Positions 1 to 11,210 of a stretch of 64,000 nt of DNA are shown here, piece by piece. Below the pieces are notes generated by a model. It was given only the letters and a program-made list of their open reading frames with translations, was not told where the DNA came from and did no database searches. Each line of letters starts with the position of its first letter. Position 1 is the first letter of the stretch. This stretch comes from Tricharina praecox (taxonomy: Eukaryota): NCBI RefSeq assembly GCF_024521635.1, contig NW_026250413.1:1-64000 (forward strand). The letters are read 5' to 3'. The translations under genes were made by a program, and so were the position numbers.

Positions 1-181
1 ACGCGCGCGAGAATATCCGTTGCCGCAGCCCGCTGCCCTTCTGCGCGAGCGACGCATACCCCATCATTCCTATCTCCACCACCGGTCCCGTCACGTCGGA
101 TTTGCCAACGCCGAGCGTGTACAGCTGCTGCGAGAGGACGAGGCATGGTAGTAGGAGGAGGGGGAGGTGGGAGGGCCGCAT
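1..181 (-). CDS. Neutral/alkaline (non-lysosomal) ceramidase, 5' end (runs off window start)
   Basis: Manual translation from ATG at 181: MRPSHLPLLLLPCLVLSQQLYTLGVGKSDVTGPVVEIGMMGYASLAQKGSGLRQRIFSRA. Signal peptide followed by the neutral ceramidase N-terminal motif G-x-G-K-x-D-[IV]-T-G-P...MGYA...GLRQR-x-x-SRA. Not in the ORF track. Confidence 0.88.
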   Translation of the reverse strand, partial: MRPSHLPLLLLPCLVLSQQLYTLGVGKSDVTGPVVEIGMMGYASLAQKGSGLRQRIFSRA

Positions 182-965
182 TTTCGATATGGAGTGAGAA
201 TATCAATGTCAACGGCGAAGGCGGGCGGGCCAGGAGGACTTTATATCCGGAATCCGGATAGCTAAGCTGTAGGTACTAGGTATGTATGATATGTAGGGCG
301 GATGTACCCCTGCCGAACGGGAGTGTAACTATCACTCTGCACAGTGCACACCCATGGTCGGTCTCATGACGTACGTCCCTACATAGAGTAGATACGCACG
401 TAGCCGCGGGGGCCCGGGGGGTCGCATGATTTGCTGGTGGCAGTTATCAGATTGCGACGTGCGGATTTATCTCTCCACGCGACCAATAAGCACTCAAAAT
501 AGGGAAAAGACATATCCTTACTTCGCGAGTGGCCGCGTGGAGATATTAAATTTTCCTACACTCCTGCCTCCTGCGGAATTTTGGAGAGTGGATACCGAGA
601 TCGATGGTTACATCAACTCGGTACCATAGAGTGGGTTTGTCCCTCCTGTTGAACGTATTCAAGACAGTGTCACGATCATATCGAAAGAAAGAAATGGTAT
701 CCCGTATATTCATACCCACCAACCCCACCAACCCCATCAACCCCACCAACACATCCGACCTCAGTCCCTCCCAAAGCCATACAGAACGGTGCAAAAAACA
801 AGGGAGAAAATAACATCAACCGTAACGAAGTAGTGTATGAGCCCCAAAATTCTCAGCGGGCAACCAAGTTGAACATACTGCAAAAAGGGGAGGGAATCGC
901 CGCATCCATAAACAAAAAACGAAACGTTCACCGCACATCAACCAAACAGGGTGTCAAAATACACA

Positions 966-3952
966 TCAAGTAGTCGTTTTCTTGCCGCGCTTCCCGTAGT
1001 CTGCCCGGCGGAACGGGTGCGCCTCCGTGTTCAGGACGTACTCGTCGAGATCTACGAGTGAGGGCTCGGAGAAGAGCAAGTAGTAGTATTTAAGGGTTTC
1101 TGTTCACGTCGTCAGTGTCTTGTTCGCCGAATAGGTGGGCAAGGATGTACGCACCGCCAAACCAAAAGCTCTCCATCGAATTCAACCAGTCCCAGTCGAT
1201 ACTGTTGGGATCCAACGAGACGTCGGCGACCGCGCTTGCAGGTCCCTTTCCGCCGCCTTCGACGCCGACGGCATTGATGACATGCTCCCACATGTTCCAA
1301 CCCTTATCGGCCCACGCCTTATCCGCAGAGATGCGGTACATGTACCAGACGCTCTCGATGGCCTCGGGGCGGAGGATGTACCTCCTGTCGCCAATGCTCA
1401 GGTATCCGTCCGGAAGATCATCGGCCGCGATGATGGCTTCGGCGTAGTCTCTCGCGGTTTTGGGCTCCTCCTCGGAGTAGATTGGTGGGCTGCGCTTTCC
1501 AGGCTGATGGACGGGAGTGGGATCGTCCACATCGGCGGCAGGCGGAGGCACGGCTGCATCGGGATTTTCCTTCTCTTCGGTCACATCTTCCGTTGCTCTC
1601 GCTGGGACGTCCTTTCCACCCACGAGGATGGCCTCGGGCGACGTATGCCCGTACTCGGGCTCGTTCTGCACCTTGACGAACTCCTCCGATGGCTCGAGCT
1701 GCTGGACCCACGCGTCGCGAGAGTAGACGCAGTTGGTCTTGTCCTCGCACGCCATGACGCGGAACGATTCAGCCATCACGCCGCTGCGCATCGAGTCGTA
1801 GGCCCAGACACAGCCGTCCGTCAACTTCGAGCCGACTTCGAGGTCCTTGGGGCGGTCCAGTGCCATAGCGCCCATGGCGAACATACCGCCAGCGAAGCAG
1901 GCCAGATGCGAAGATTCCGTCTCGAATGAGCGGTGTCCACCGATGCGCTTGACGTTGACTTTGCCGGCGAGAAGGATATCCGGGTTGCCGGGAGCACGCG
2001 GGCGGTAGGTGAGTTCCGTCGCAGCGATGTCCGCAAACTTGGAGTACATCCTGTTGTATTGCTCGTGTCCACCGATCAACAAGTATTGCTGTTCAACTGT
2101 TAGCCATCCCCGCCCCATCACCAGGGGATAGGAGCTCACGAACCTTTAACAGATACTCGTACAGACTGTCGATCATGGCTCCAAGACCGTACGTGTCCTC
2201 CCTCCCGAGGTGTGGTGATGCCAGCCCCTGTCCCTGGTCCTCGCAGTCCTTCTGGGGCGCCTTCTTCGTGGGATTCAACTGTTGCCTCCCAATCTCGGAC
2301 GATCTTCCGGTAGGCTTTTCCTCCTCCTCCTCCTCCTCCTCGACCTCGACGCCGGCACCGGGGGCAACATTCTCCCGCTTGGCGTGGTGGATGGGCGCAT
2401 CCGCGGCATCAACGGCGACCGGCGGAGGCTGCACCGCAGCTTCGGACGCCGCCTTGTGGGGGATGGGTTTCTCCACCACTGGGTGGACTTCCTTTCCGGT
2501 GCCTCCTACGACTCCAGCAACCTGTAGAGGCCTTTCGACGTCGAGCTCGGCAGGCTCGGTCTCCGACTTGACCGCCACTGGGGTGACTTCCTTTCCGGTC
2601 CCGCCTACGACTCCCGCAACCTTGAGAGGCCTTTCGACGGCAAGCTTGGCAGGCTCGATAGGCTCGGTCTCCTTCGTTGCGGCCGGCGCAGCCTTGGTAG
2701 TGGTGGTAGTGGGGACCTTTTTATAGCTGATGCGCTTGCATCCACTAGCGTCGATGTAGAGCGGAAACAGGCCAGGGAATGACGTCTTGTCCTGATACTC
2801 CTCCAACGCATCTGTAATCCTCGCCACGGCGTCGTAGTACGTTTCGTTCCCGGTGATCTGTGCCAGCCGCGTAAACTCCATGGACAACGATCCCAACTCT
2901 GCCGCGACGGAACGACCATCGGCTCTAGGATGCCTCAGGAGATCCCTCTCCCGCCATCCGAAAGCCAACAGCGGCATGCGGTTAGGCGTGTCGAAGGTAC
3001 CCATCAGCACGTTCGCCAGCTCCACCGCCTTGTCGAGCAACACCTTGTACTCAGGATCGTGTCCGGTGAGATCGTACGCGGCGACGAGACCGCCGAGGTA
3101 ACGGATCACCGTCTCGAACACCCGCATCTTGCGCATAGTGGTGGTGGTGAAATCAATCTTCGCGACGTAGCTCACCGCCTCCTTGAAGTCCTCCTTCAAA
3201 TCCATGATCCACAGCGTATCCAGCGCGTCGACCAGCGTCGCACCCCATCCGCCGAAAGGATCCTTGAAGGTGCTCGATACGGGGACGAGCTCGTCGTGGG
3301 GGATGGCATGGACACGGTACGCGTTCCAAGAGACGAGGAAGGCATCCTTGACCGACTTCTGCCTCGCGAGCCGAGTCTTCTTGTCCTTCTCGCTTTCCGT
3401 TGGGAACTGAGCTTGGATCTGCGGGATCGCTGCAGCAGCCGCGGGAGGGATCTTGATCAACGACGACGGGAGCGGGTAGTGCGGTTTCGGGAAAGTGTAG
3501 TGTTCCTCGAGCTCGGGCAACGAGTGCTGATCTGCCGGTTCACCGTGCGAGTGTGTCCCAGGTTGCGCGGGCCTGTCTGGGATCGTCTTGGGCGCGGGGG
3601 TTGCTGTGGCAGTCGTTTCCGCTGGGACCTCGACCGTTGGCTTCGGCTGTTCGACTTTCTCCTTCTCCTTCTCCTTCTCCTTCTCCTTCTCTCCCACTGC
3701 TTCGGGGACGGTGACGGTGCCCTGGTGAGGGGGTTGGTTCACCGGGTCGGTCTTGACCTCTGGGATTGTGGGGGGAGGAGGGATGACGTGCTCATGCACT
3801 ACTAAGGGAGTGTGGTCTTTCAAATGGTCGGGCGTGAAGCGACTCGTCGAGGATGTCGATCGGAGAGACGCGAATTGGTACAGTCCGACGATGAGGAAGA
3901 TGGCGACCGCGATAGGCACTCGGTGCCGCCGGAGACGCATGAGGGACATCAT
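966..3952 (-). CDS. Class I alpha-1,2-mannosidase (GH47), type II membrane protein; 3 exons (3952-2144, 2088-1155, 1099-966)
   Basis: N-terminal TM anchor ([16 protein letters not shown]). GH47 motifs [91 protein letters not shown]. Two 55-bp GT-AG introns (2143-2089, 1154-1100) join the ORF-track frames. Confidence 0.95.
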
Positions 3953-4483
3953 GATTGAATGGGGATCCGTTGAGCACGGTTGCCCAGGGGGTCTGAGTGG
4001 AACGTGCCCAGAAACTAACGCTGGGGCGATGTGGGGTGCGGGGTTGGGGGGTCCTTGGTAAGGTGGTTTCGAGCACTGGGGAGAAAGGAAGAAAGGGGCA
4101 GCGAGGTCGTGGACGTGGTCGTGGGAGCTGCGGTCCGGATAAGGTTGCGGGCTAGCCGAGTGGCCCCGATCGAGCGAAGCGGCCATGACTAAGCCGGCAG
4201 GCCATGCCGAGAGCGTCGGAAGAATCACTCCACAGGCTGTCACTCGAGGTACCGTTGTACCTGCGTATTTGCAAGGCACGTGGCATGTAGATGTAGCTAC
4301 GGCACGTTTCACAGAGTGGCGATTGAGATAGGTAGTAGACCAGTCATCAATGAGCGTCACCGGAGAGGAAGAATGTGTATTTTCTACCTCGAACGACTGA
4401 ATATACAAGTAGTACCAAATTACCAATGTGATCAATCGCAGTAAACACAATGATTTTTTTGCACTTCTCCCATTCTGCATCCT

Positions 4484-5188
4484 TCACTCGCACCCGCCGT
4501 ACATCTCCCTGAGCTTGGGCTCCTTCTCGCCCAGCTGACACACCGTCCTCCAGGCACCTCTGGAGTACGGAAGATTGAAGACATCAGTCCCGTTGACGCC
4601 CTCCTGCTTCTCTAGCAAGAAGTCGATCACGCCCCTCTCCTCGTCGTCCTCCGACATAGTCTGCAGCCCGTTCGCCTCGTTGTTGCCGAGACTCAACGCC
4701 GCCTCGACCACGGGCTCCATCTCTGCGCCCACGGCCATTCTCCTTCCATCGCACGTGTTGATGCCAAAGTACCAGAACCTCAGACTGGCAGGCAGATAGT
4801 CGTTACCGCTGCCACTATCCCGATCGACGAAGCATTTATTGATGACGTTGTTGAGCTTATCCTCGAGCAGCGCGCATTCCACCATGACGTTGTTGTTCTC
4901 GGCGGTGACGAACGCAGCAACGCAGAAAGTGCCGCCCCACCGCACGCTGAGCAGCCCGCCGCGGTAGATGAATTTCCGCCCGCGGTTGTTCAGGCAGCTC
5001 GCGTACGCGAGCAGCTTGTCGCGCGCGCCCTGCGCGCACCACTCTTCGCTCGACCCGCACGACTGCTCGCATGTCGCCTGGGTCTGGCGCGCCTGCAGGG
5101 TGGCGGGTATCCGAACGGCGGCGCCGGTGACGCTGGCGACGCTGGCGATCAGTACGATGAGGAGGGCGACGAGGCGGAGAAGAGCCAT
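4484..5188 (-). CDS. Small secreted cysteine-rich protein (234 aa), effector/toxin candidate
   Basis: Intronless ORF from ATG 5188: hydrophobic signal peptide MALLRLVALLIVLIASVASVTGA, then LQARQ pro-peptide-like site, 8 Cys in a ~110-aa domain, GRR, an acidic spacer and 2 more Cys. Confidence 0.75.
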   Translation of the reverse strand: MALLRLVALLIVLIASVASVTGAAVRIPATLQARQTQATCEQSCGSSEEWCAQGARDKLLAYASCLNNRGRKFIYRGGLLSVRWGGTFCVAAFVTAENNNVMVECALLEDKLNNVINKCFVDRDSGSGNDYLPASLRFWYFGINTCDGRRMAVGAEMEPVVEAALSLGNNEANGLQTMSEDDEERGVIDFLLEKQEGVNGTDVFNLPYSRGAWRTVCQLGEKEPKLREMYGGCE

Positions 5189-8002
5189 GGTGTGACCGGT
5201 GCGAAGTGAACGATTCAAAACACAGGAGGGAAATTATGGTTACTGGTTATTCGGTTGGAAGTAAGTGAAAAATTGCTGGTTACAGATCAACGAGAGTGGA
5301 TAGGTGCGATGGGGGAATGTGCGATGTGGGATGGGGGCCACTGCCGATTGAGGGATGGATGGACAGTGGCTTTATACAGCTCAGCTGTTGCCGTAAGTTA
5401 TCATCGACTCGCTTCTGGCCCTCATTGGAGGATGGACGGCGGTCTGCTCATCCCAGCGCTTCCTTTGGCAGCTACAGACAGGCGTTAGGGACTTGGAGTA
5501 CACACCGTCACCCATCACCATTACCACCCCACCTCCGCACTTTGTCTTCACACGTCCTTCCCTTCGTCCCCTGTGATCCCGGACGGAATCATGCCGTGTG
5601 CATCCATCCCGACGACAGAGCTCCCAGGCAACCAGGCAGAAGTTAGCGCGAACTCGAGTGGCGGGAATTTCCCGGTTGCAGTAAGGGCTCGGCGGCCACC
5701 CATTCCTGGTGCGTACACTCATGATTGCGTTCGACAGACATGTTTTTAGGTAGGTCCTCTCGACTCTCAAGTCTCGTCTCGAGTCGACGAAGGATCTGGG
5801 ATTCACATGCACCTATTCCTGTTGGCGGGGGAAGAGGGGAGGAAAGGGTGAACTCCAGGGGGAGAGCCCAGGCACACGGCCAGGACCACGACGACCACGA
5901 ACGATCAAAACAACAAGGCCAAGGACCCGGAAGGGGTTTCCTTTGTCGCACGAATTTCTTTACAAAACTGAGCACGGAGATAGGGAAGGAGGGTGGCAGG
6001 CGGCCGGGTGGAGGATTTTCTTTGTTAGGTTTTTGCTTTCTGCTTTGCGTACTTGTTTCTGTTTTGCTTCTGGTTGTTGTACTTCCTTTCTTTATCTGCC
6101 ATAGCCTTAGGGCTCCAAGCTGTATGAACAATGAATAAATAAATAAATAAATGCACCTATTCCTGTAGCCCGCACCACTCGTCCGCATGCTCGCGAGTAG
6201 TCGCTATACCTGAAACCAAACCCGGGTCCGGGTCGCACTCGATATAGGCCTCGATGTATCATATATCTGGAGTAGGTCATAGTAAGAAAGTATGATCCCC
6301 GCTGTGCCACGCGCGGGTACCCGCCTTTCACCAACCCAACCTTCCTTCCGCCGCTGAAACTCACGATTCACCAAGCATCATAGCCGCACCGCACCGCACC
6401 ACACCCGCACATGTGTGGCGACGACGGGACCGGAGAAATCACCGTGGATAAAAATACGAGTGACAGGCTACAGCCAGCTACAGTTACGCACGGTGGAATG
6501 TCCGGTTGTCCGTCCACCTCCATTCCTCGCTATTCCGCTCGGTCGGCTGGATGACCGCATCCCTAGTGCTAGGATTGAGACGGAACCGTCTTCCTAAGGA
6601 TCGACCGGTACGGCAGGTGTTGTGGTTGTTGTGGTTTGTGTGTCGCCTAACTGAGCACTCGAGGGAACGCTCGTCCCACGACACCGAGCAGTGGAGTGAG
6701 GGAAGCCTCGTCCCATATGGGTACATACGGCACACCGTCGCCCAAGTTCCGAATCGAGTCAGATTGATCTTCGAGGTAGAGTACACACATCCTACACATG
6801 CTTTGTGTATTCCACTGACACGTCGAACCAGCCATAACCAATCGGCAAGCCCTCGATGAATCACGCGCGATGATTGGCGGACTGGATTTCTACGTCAGCG
6901 GAGAAAGGTCGTTCCAGCCCGCTGGTTGGCCAGCGGTTTCCGCACGCCCCCGGGGGGCGCGGCCAATAGCGACTCGGAGAAGCCACTTCGCTCCCACGAT
7001 TGACGCGCTGCTGGGAATTTCAGCCAGCCTCTCACGAAGTTTGTTTCTACCCTTGTCGGGCTGAGTACTCTTCCTATCGGAAGATCGAGGCAAGGAGTGG
7101 GCCACCGATCCGAACACCACCAGCGGGATGCCATTGCGTCTGGGCAGTGGTGGCTCGACGAGGCATCTGCCATCTGCATCTACGCGGCTTTTCTTAGATG
7201 CCAATCAACTCCATACTTACCATCGCACTAAACACCACTCCTGCATCCGCGATAGCCGCTAGGTAGGGGCCTTGTTCAGCTGACGACCATGGTACACATA
7301 TCTATCTGGGTATGCCCTAGCGCGGATCCGATATTGGAGATGGGTCTACCGTCTTACCACGCACTGTGGCGCGGGCCTTTATCGAGAGCAGCACTCCACC
7401 GTACGGGTACATCATAATCGTTTTATGATCACCGAGCCCTCTTGAGGCCACACGTGCCACCCGTGCCATGCTAGCACATATGATACGATACATATCCCCG
7501 TGAACTCCCCAACGATCATCCAACCTCCCGTCGATGAGAGTGGGCAGTGGCCACCATCCGTCTCTCCCACCGATGACGTTTATCATAAATCTGACCAGCT
7601 GCCCTCTCCCCTCTCCCTCCCTTCCCTCGCTCCCCGCATTCTTCTTTTCCCCCGCTCACCACCATAGGCCTCCGCTCCTATCCACCCACCCACCCACATC
7701 AATCCTGCTTACTTACATATGATAGTAGAAGTACCTGCTTCCTACCATTCCGATTCATCCGGTTCATCCGATCCATCCGACATCGTTCCGGCCGATGAAT
7801 ATGACTTCGCTCAAGTCAGTGATTAGCGAGTCTAGGGTACATGATGAACATTCCCACATACCAAGATGTATCTACCTACTCGACGGTGCTCTGTCTGTCT
7901 GTACCGGTTTTCCCGTCGCCTCAAGCGTCATCCCCCCCTTACGCGTCGACTCGGGACATAGTGGGCATGGGCACACGATCGAAAGGGAAAGGGAAAGGGC
8001 AG

Positions 8003-8039
<37 letters not shown>
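8003..8039. repeat. (TATC)n microsatellite
   Basis: About 9 perfect TATC units. Confidence 0.95.
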
Positions 8040-8040
<1 letters not shown>

Positions 8041-8147
8041 GCCGGCTGGCTGGCGAGAAACCGGTCTACCTTCAAAGTCCACCCCCCTCCGACCTCGGGA
8101 GCCCGAGCCCGCCAGAACCGATCGATCAGCAAACTCAGCCCTCCCCA

Positions 8148-8582
8148 TCATCCTCTCCAACCCTCCCTCTTCCCCCGTCCCCCCCGCCTCCATTCCACGT
8201 CAACAGCCAACGTCATAGGCTTCAGCGACCACACATAGAACTCCCCCAGCACCTCCTTCCCCGCCACCCCCACCTTCCCCACCTCCCCCCCATCTAGCCC
8301 CTCGCCGTACAGAAACACCCCCACCCGTCTTGGAAATAACACGCGGACTACGCTGCGGACCACGATCCGGACTACGCTGCGGACCACCCCTCCCCGGACA
8401 ACCCCGCCCCCGCCCCCGCCCCCGCCGCTTCCAGTGATGAGGAATATGCACGCGTATGATACGTATGATACTGCTATGCTGGGAAGGGTGATGAGTAGCA
8501 GTGTGCTCAGCCAGATGAATAGCAGCAGGAGCGAGGTGAGGATGGTCGTGAAGAGGATTGTGGAGAGGTGGGTTGGTTGCAT
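8148..8582 (-). CDS. Possible small membrane protein (144 aa), low confidence
   Basis: ATG preceded by A-rich context. Two hydrophobic stretches, then Gly-rich and VVRS repeats. No recognisable family, and could be low-complexity non-coding DNA. Confidence 0.25.
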   Translation of the reverse strand: MQPTHLSTILFTTILTSLLLLFIWLSTLLLITLPSIAVSYVSYACIFLITGSGGGGGGGGVVRGGVVRSVVRIVVRSVVRVLFPRRVGVFLYGEGLDGGEVGKVGVAGKEVLGEFYVWSLKPMTLAVDVEWRRGGRGKREGWRG

Positions 8583-11210
8583 TTTGGTTTGTGTGTGGTA
8601 TATGGTATTATGGAATATGTGGGGCAGGAGGAGGGGGAAGCGGGTGTGTGGGGGGGAAGAGAGAAGAGAATGTGGGCCGGGAGGAAGGGGGTTCGGGATG
8701 AACTAAGTAGTGGGGGTGGTTCATGATGCAGATAGGTGGGTTGGGTATGTGGAAGGGACTTCACACGAAAACTTTCGATGCGATTGAACCGTGAATACCT
8801 GCGATCACGATCCATCCAGCCTGTGTCACTCGAGCTGGCTCAAGTCGGGACTCGGGACTAACATTCCAACCTAGACTCCAGTGTCACAGCCGAGGCGGAT
8901 AGCAGGGAAAGCCACATCGGGCTGCTCGGTGAAAGTCGAGTCGGACAGTGGCGTGGAAACGGGGGGGTGTACGGGTAGATATTGCCATGATCTAGACAGG
9001 TCGCATGCAATCAATGATTAAACAAGAAGACTCCCAAGTCACAAAACTCACAACCAGCTGGTCGTGGCACAGTGGTATGTGTCAGTGCATATCCCCTCTC
9101 AAGTCCCGATCCGTCAGTATCAATTTACCGTCACATACCTACGACCTTGCTACTGTAGACTACGGTATGTCGACTTTTACGAGCGTTTTTGCACTTGGAG
9201 GGTTAGGGGTTGTTTGCTGGGAACGAGTGAGATAAAGTCAAGCACCATGAGCACTATGAGCCTTACTTTACTCGGCTGGCCGCTGGGCCGAAGGTACGAT
9301 ACTCTATACCGGGTGAACCGTGAACGAAAGAGCCGAGACGTTTGTCAGTTCTGTGCGTAAGAACACTGAAGTCATTAAAGTTTGATTCTCACTCCTCGTT
9401 CCTGCGAGTCCCCACTGCATGAGGTCCTGACTCCTGAGAAGTAAAGAGTTCTTGAACTCGACGGCATCGAAATCTCTTCCCGCATCGCCAGTCCGAAATC
9501 CACAATCGTGTCGGAGTCCCGCACTCAGCCCCCCTAGACAGTGAACAGTGGACAGGTGCTTGCAATAGTGGCCGGGTTCAAGGCTTCGGTTTCCGTCCTG
9601 ACAGCTCCTCGTCGATCGCGACGTGCATGGTAGACCTTGAAGATGAAGATGAAGATGAAACCGCGTCGAGTTGACTCGACTCGGCTCGACTCGGCTCGAC
9701 TTTGATGTGTCGGTATCTATCGATATCAATCCCAATCCTACCGAAGTCGTCTGGGAGATGTCACTCGCCCTCTCCCTCTCCTCGCCACTCTCTCGTGCGC
9801 TATGTTCTCTAGCGGGCCAGAACTAGTCTAGTCAGTCGGTGTGGAGTCGCAGCACTTGGACCACGGCACGGCCTAGTTAGCCAAGCTGCTAAGGACTTGG
9901 TTCCTTGGTTATCTAATCCGAGAAGAATCAGATTCCGCAGGGGGAGTCCCTGAAGAGCTCAAGGGGTCGTCCTCTGTTACGTAGGAACTAGTATCCTCCG
10001 TCGCGATCCTTCATCTTCTTCATATTCTTCATCGTTGACATCCCCAGACGCCGGAGTAAGGGGCATCCCGAAGGAAGGAACGGCGACGGCGATGGGCGTT
10101 GACGGTTGGTTGACGGTCGGTTGGGTGTTGCTTTATACGCAGGCAATGTGCATGCTGCATGCACTTTGGTTCCGTGAGCAAGCTTGACCTGCGTCCGTCC
10201 CCCGCATCGATGCATGCGCGCGCGATGGTTGGATTCGAATCAAAGTGAAGGAAGTGGATTGGAAGTGAAGGCGGGAAGGCGTGAAGGCGGGAAGGCGCTG
10301 GAGAATCGTGGAGGTGAGGAGCTTCACGTCGGTCGGTGGATAGGCACATCGCGGGGGGGGGGGGGGCGGGAGACCGTTCATCGTCATCATCATCATCCAA
10401 CGTTTCCCTTCACTTTCCCCTCGGCTTCCTTCATCTCCATCAGGCAGCTTCCTTGTTTCGTTTCGTTTCTTTTTTTTTCCTGCAGATTAAAGCTGCGCGG
10501 AAATGTGCATAAGCGAGTCCTCTCTTGTCCTCTCGGTTCGCCCCTCGAGTCTCGACTAATCCCGGAGTCGCCTACCTCGAAGGCGGATTACAATTTAACA
10601 ATTTCGACAATTTTACAGCTTCCAGCTTAGTTACAGCCGTCGCGGCGGACGTGGAGAGAGGGTGAACACAGCTAGAGCTCTTTAGGAGGGAGATGGTCGA
10701 ATGAAATGATGGATGGGACGGGGCAGAGTCGTGAAGGAGGTGGAGGTGGAGGACGAAGAGGAGAACGAACGAATAACGAATCAAGAAAGGAACCCCCGGT
10801 CCTCCTCTTCCAACATCCAACCAAATTCCTCTCTACCCTCCTACTCCTTCTCCCCGTTCTTCTCCTCCCATTCTCACTACCACCACTCTTCCTCCTCTTC
10901 CCTCCTTTCGCTCGTTCTCCACCATTCCTCACACTCTTTTACCCCCCTCCCCCTTTCTTACTCCTTGAGATCGCATTCCGCCTCGACGCTCTTTATTGAA
11001 GCCGAAAACCCCCCACCCCCCCCTACCACACCATCTTCCTCCCCTAATCTCACTGTCCACCCCATCTCCTCCCTTCCCTCCCCTTGTTCGGTCTATGCAG
11101 GTACACCCCACGACTACCAGTTCCGACAGCTAGAATCCATAGCTCTCGACGCGACACCTGTCACCACCCGAACGAAAGACCACAAAGAACGATCACAAAG
11201 AAGAACCGCC

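Noticed and set aside
3953-4480. N-terminal 176 aa of the 795-aa ORF
   Set aside because: Begins at a non-ATG-like upstream extension with no GH47 features. ATG 3952 gives the expected type II membrane anchor.
10713-11210. 5' extension of the 725-aa ORF
   Set aside because: Pyrimidine-rich, UTR-like sequence; coding bias begins at ATG 11211.
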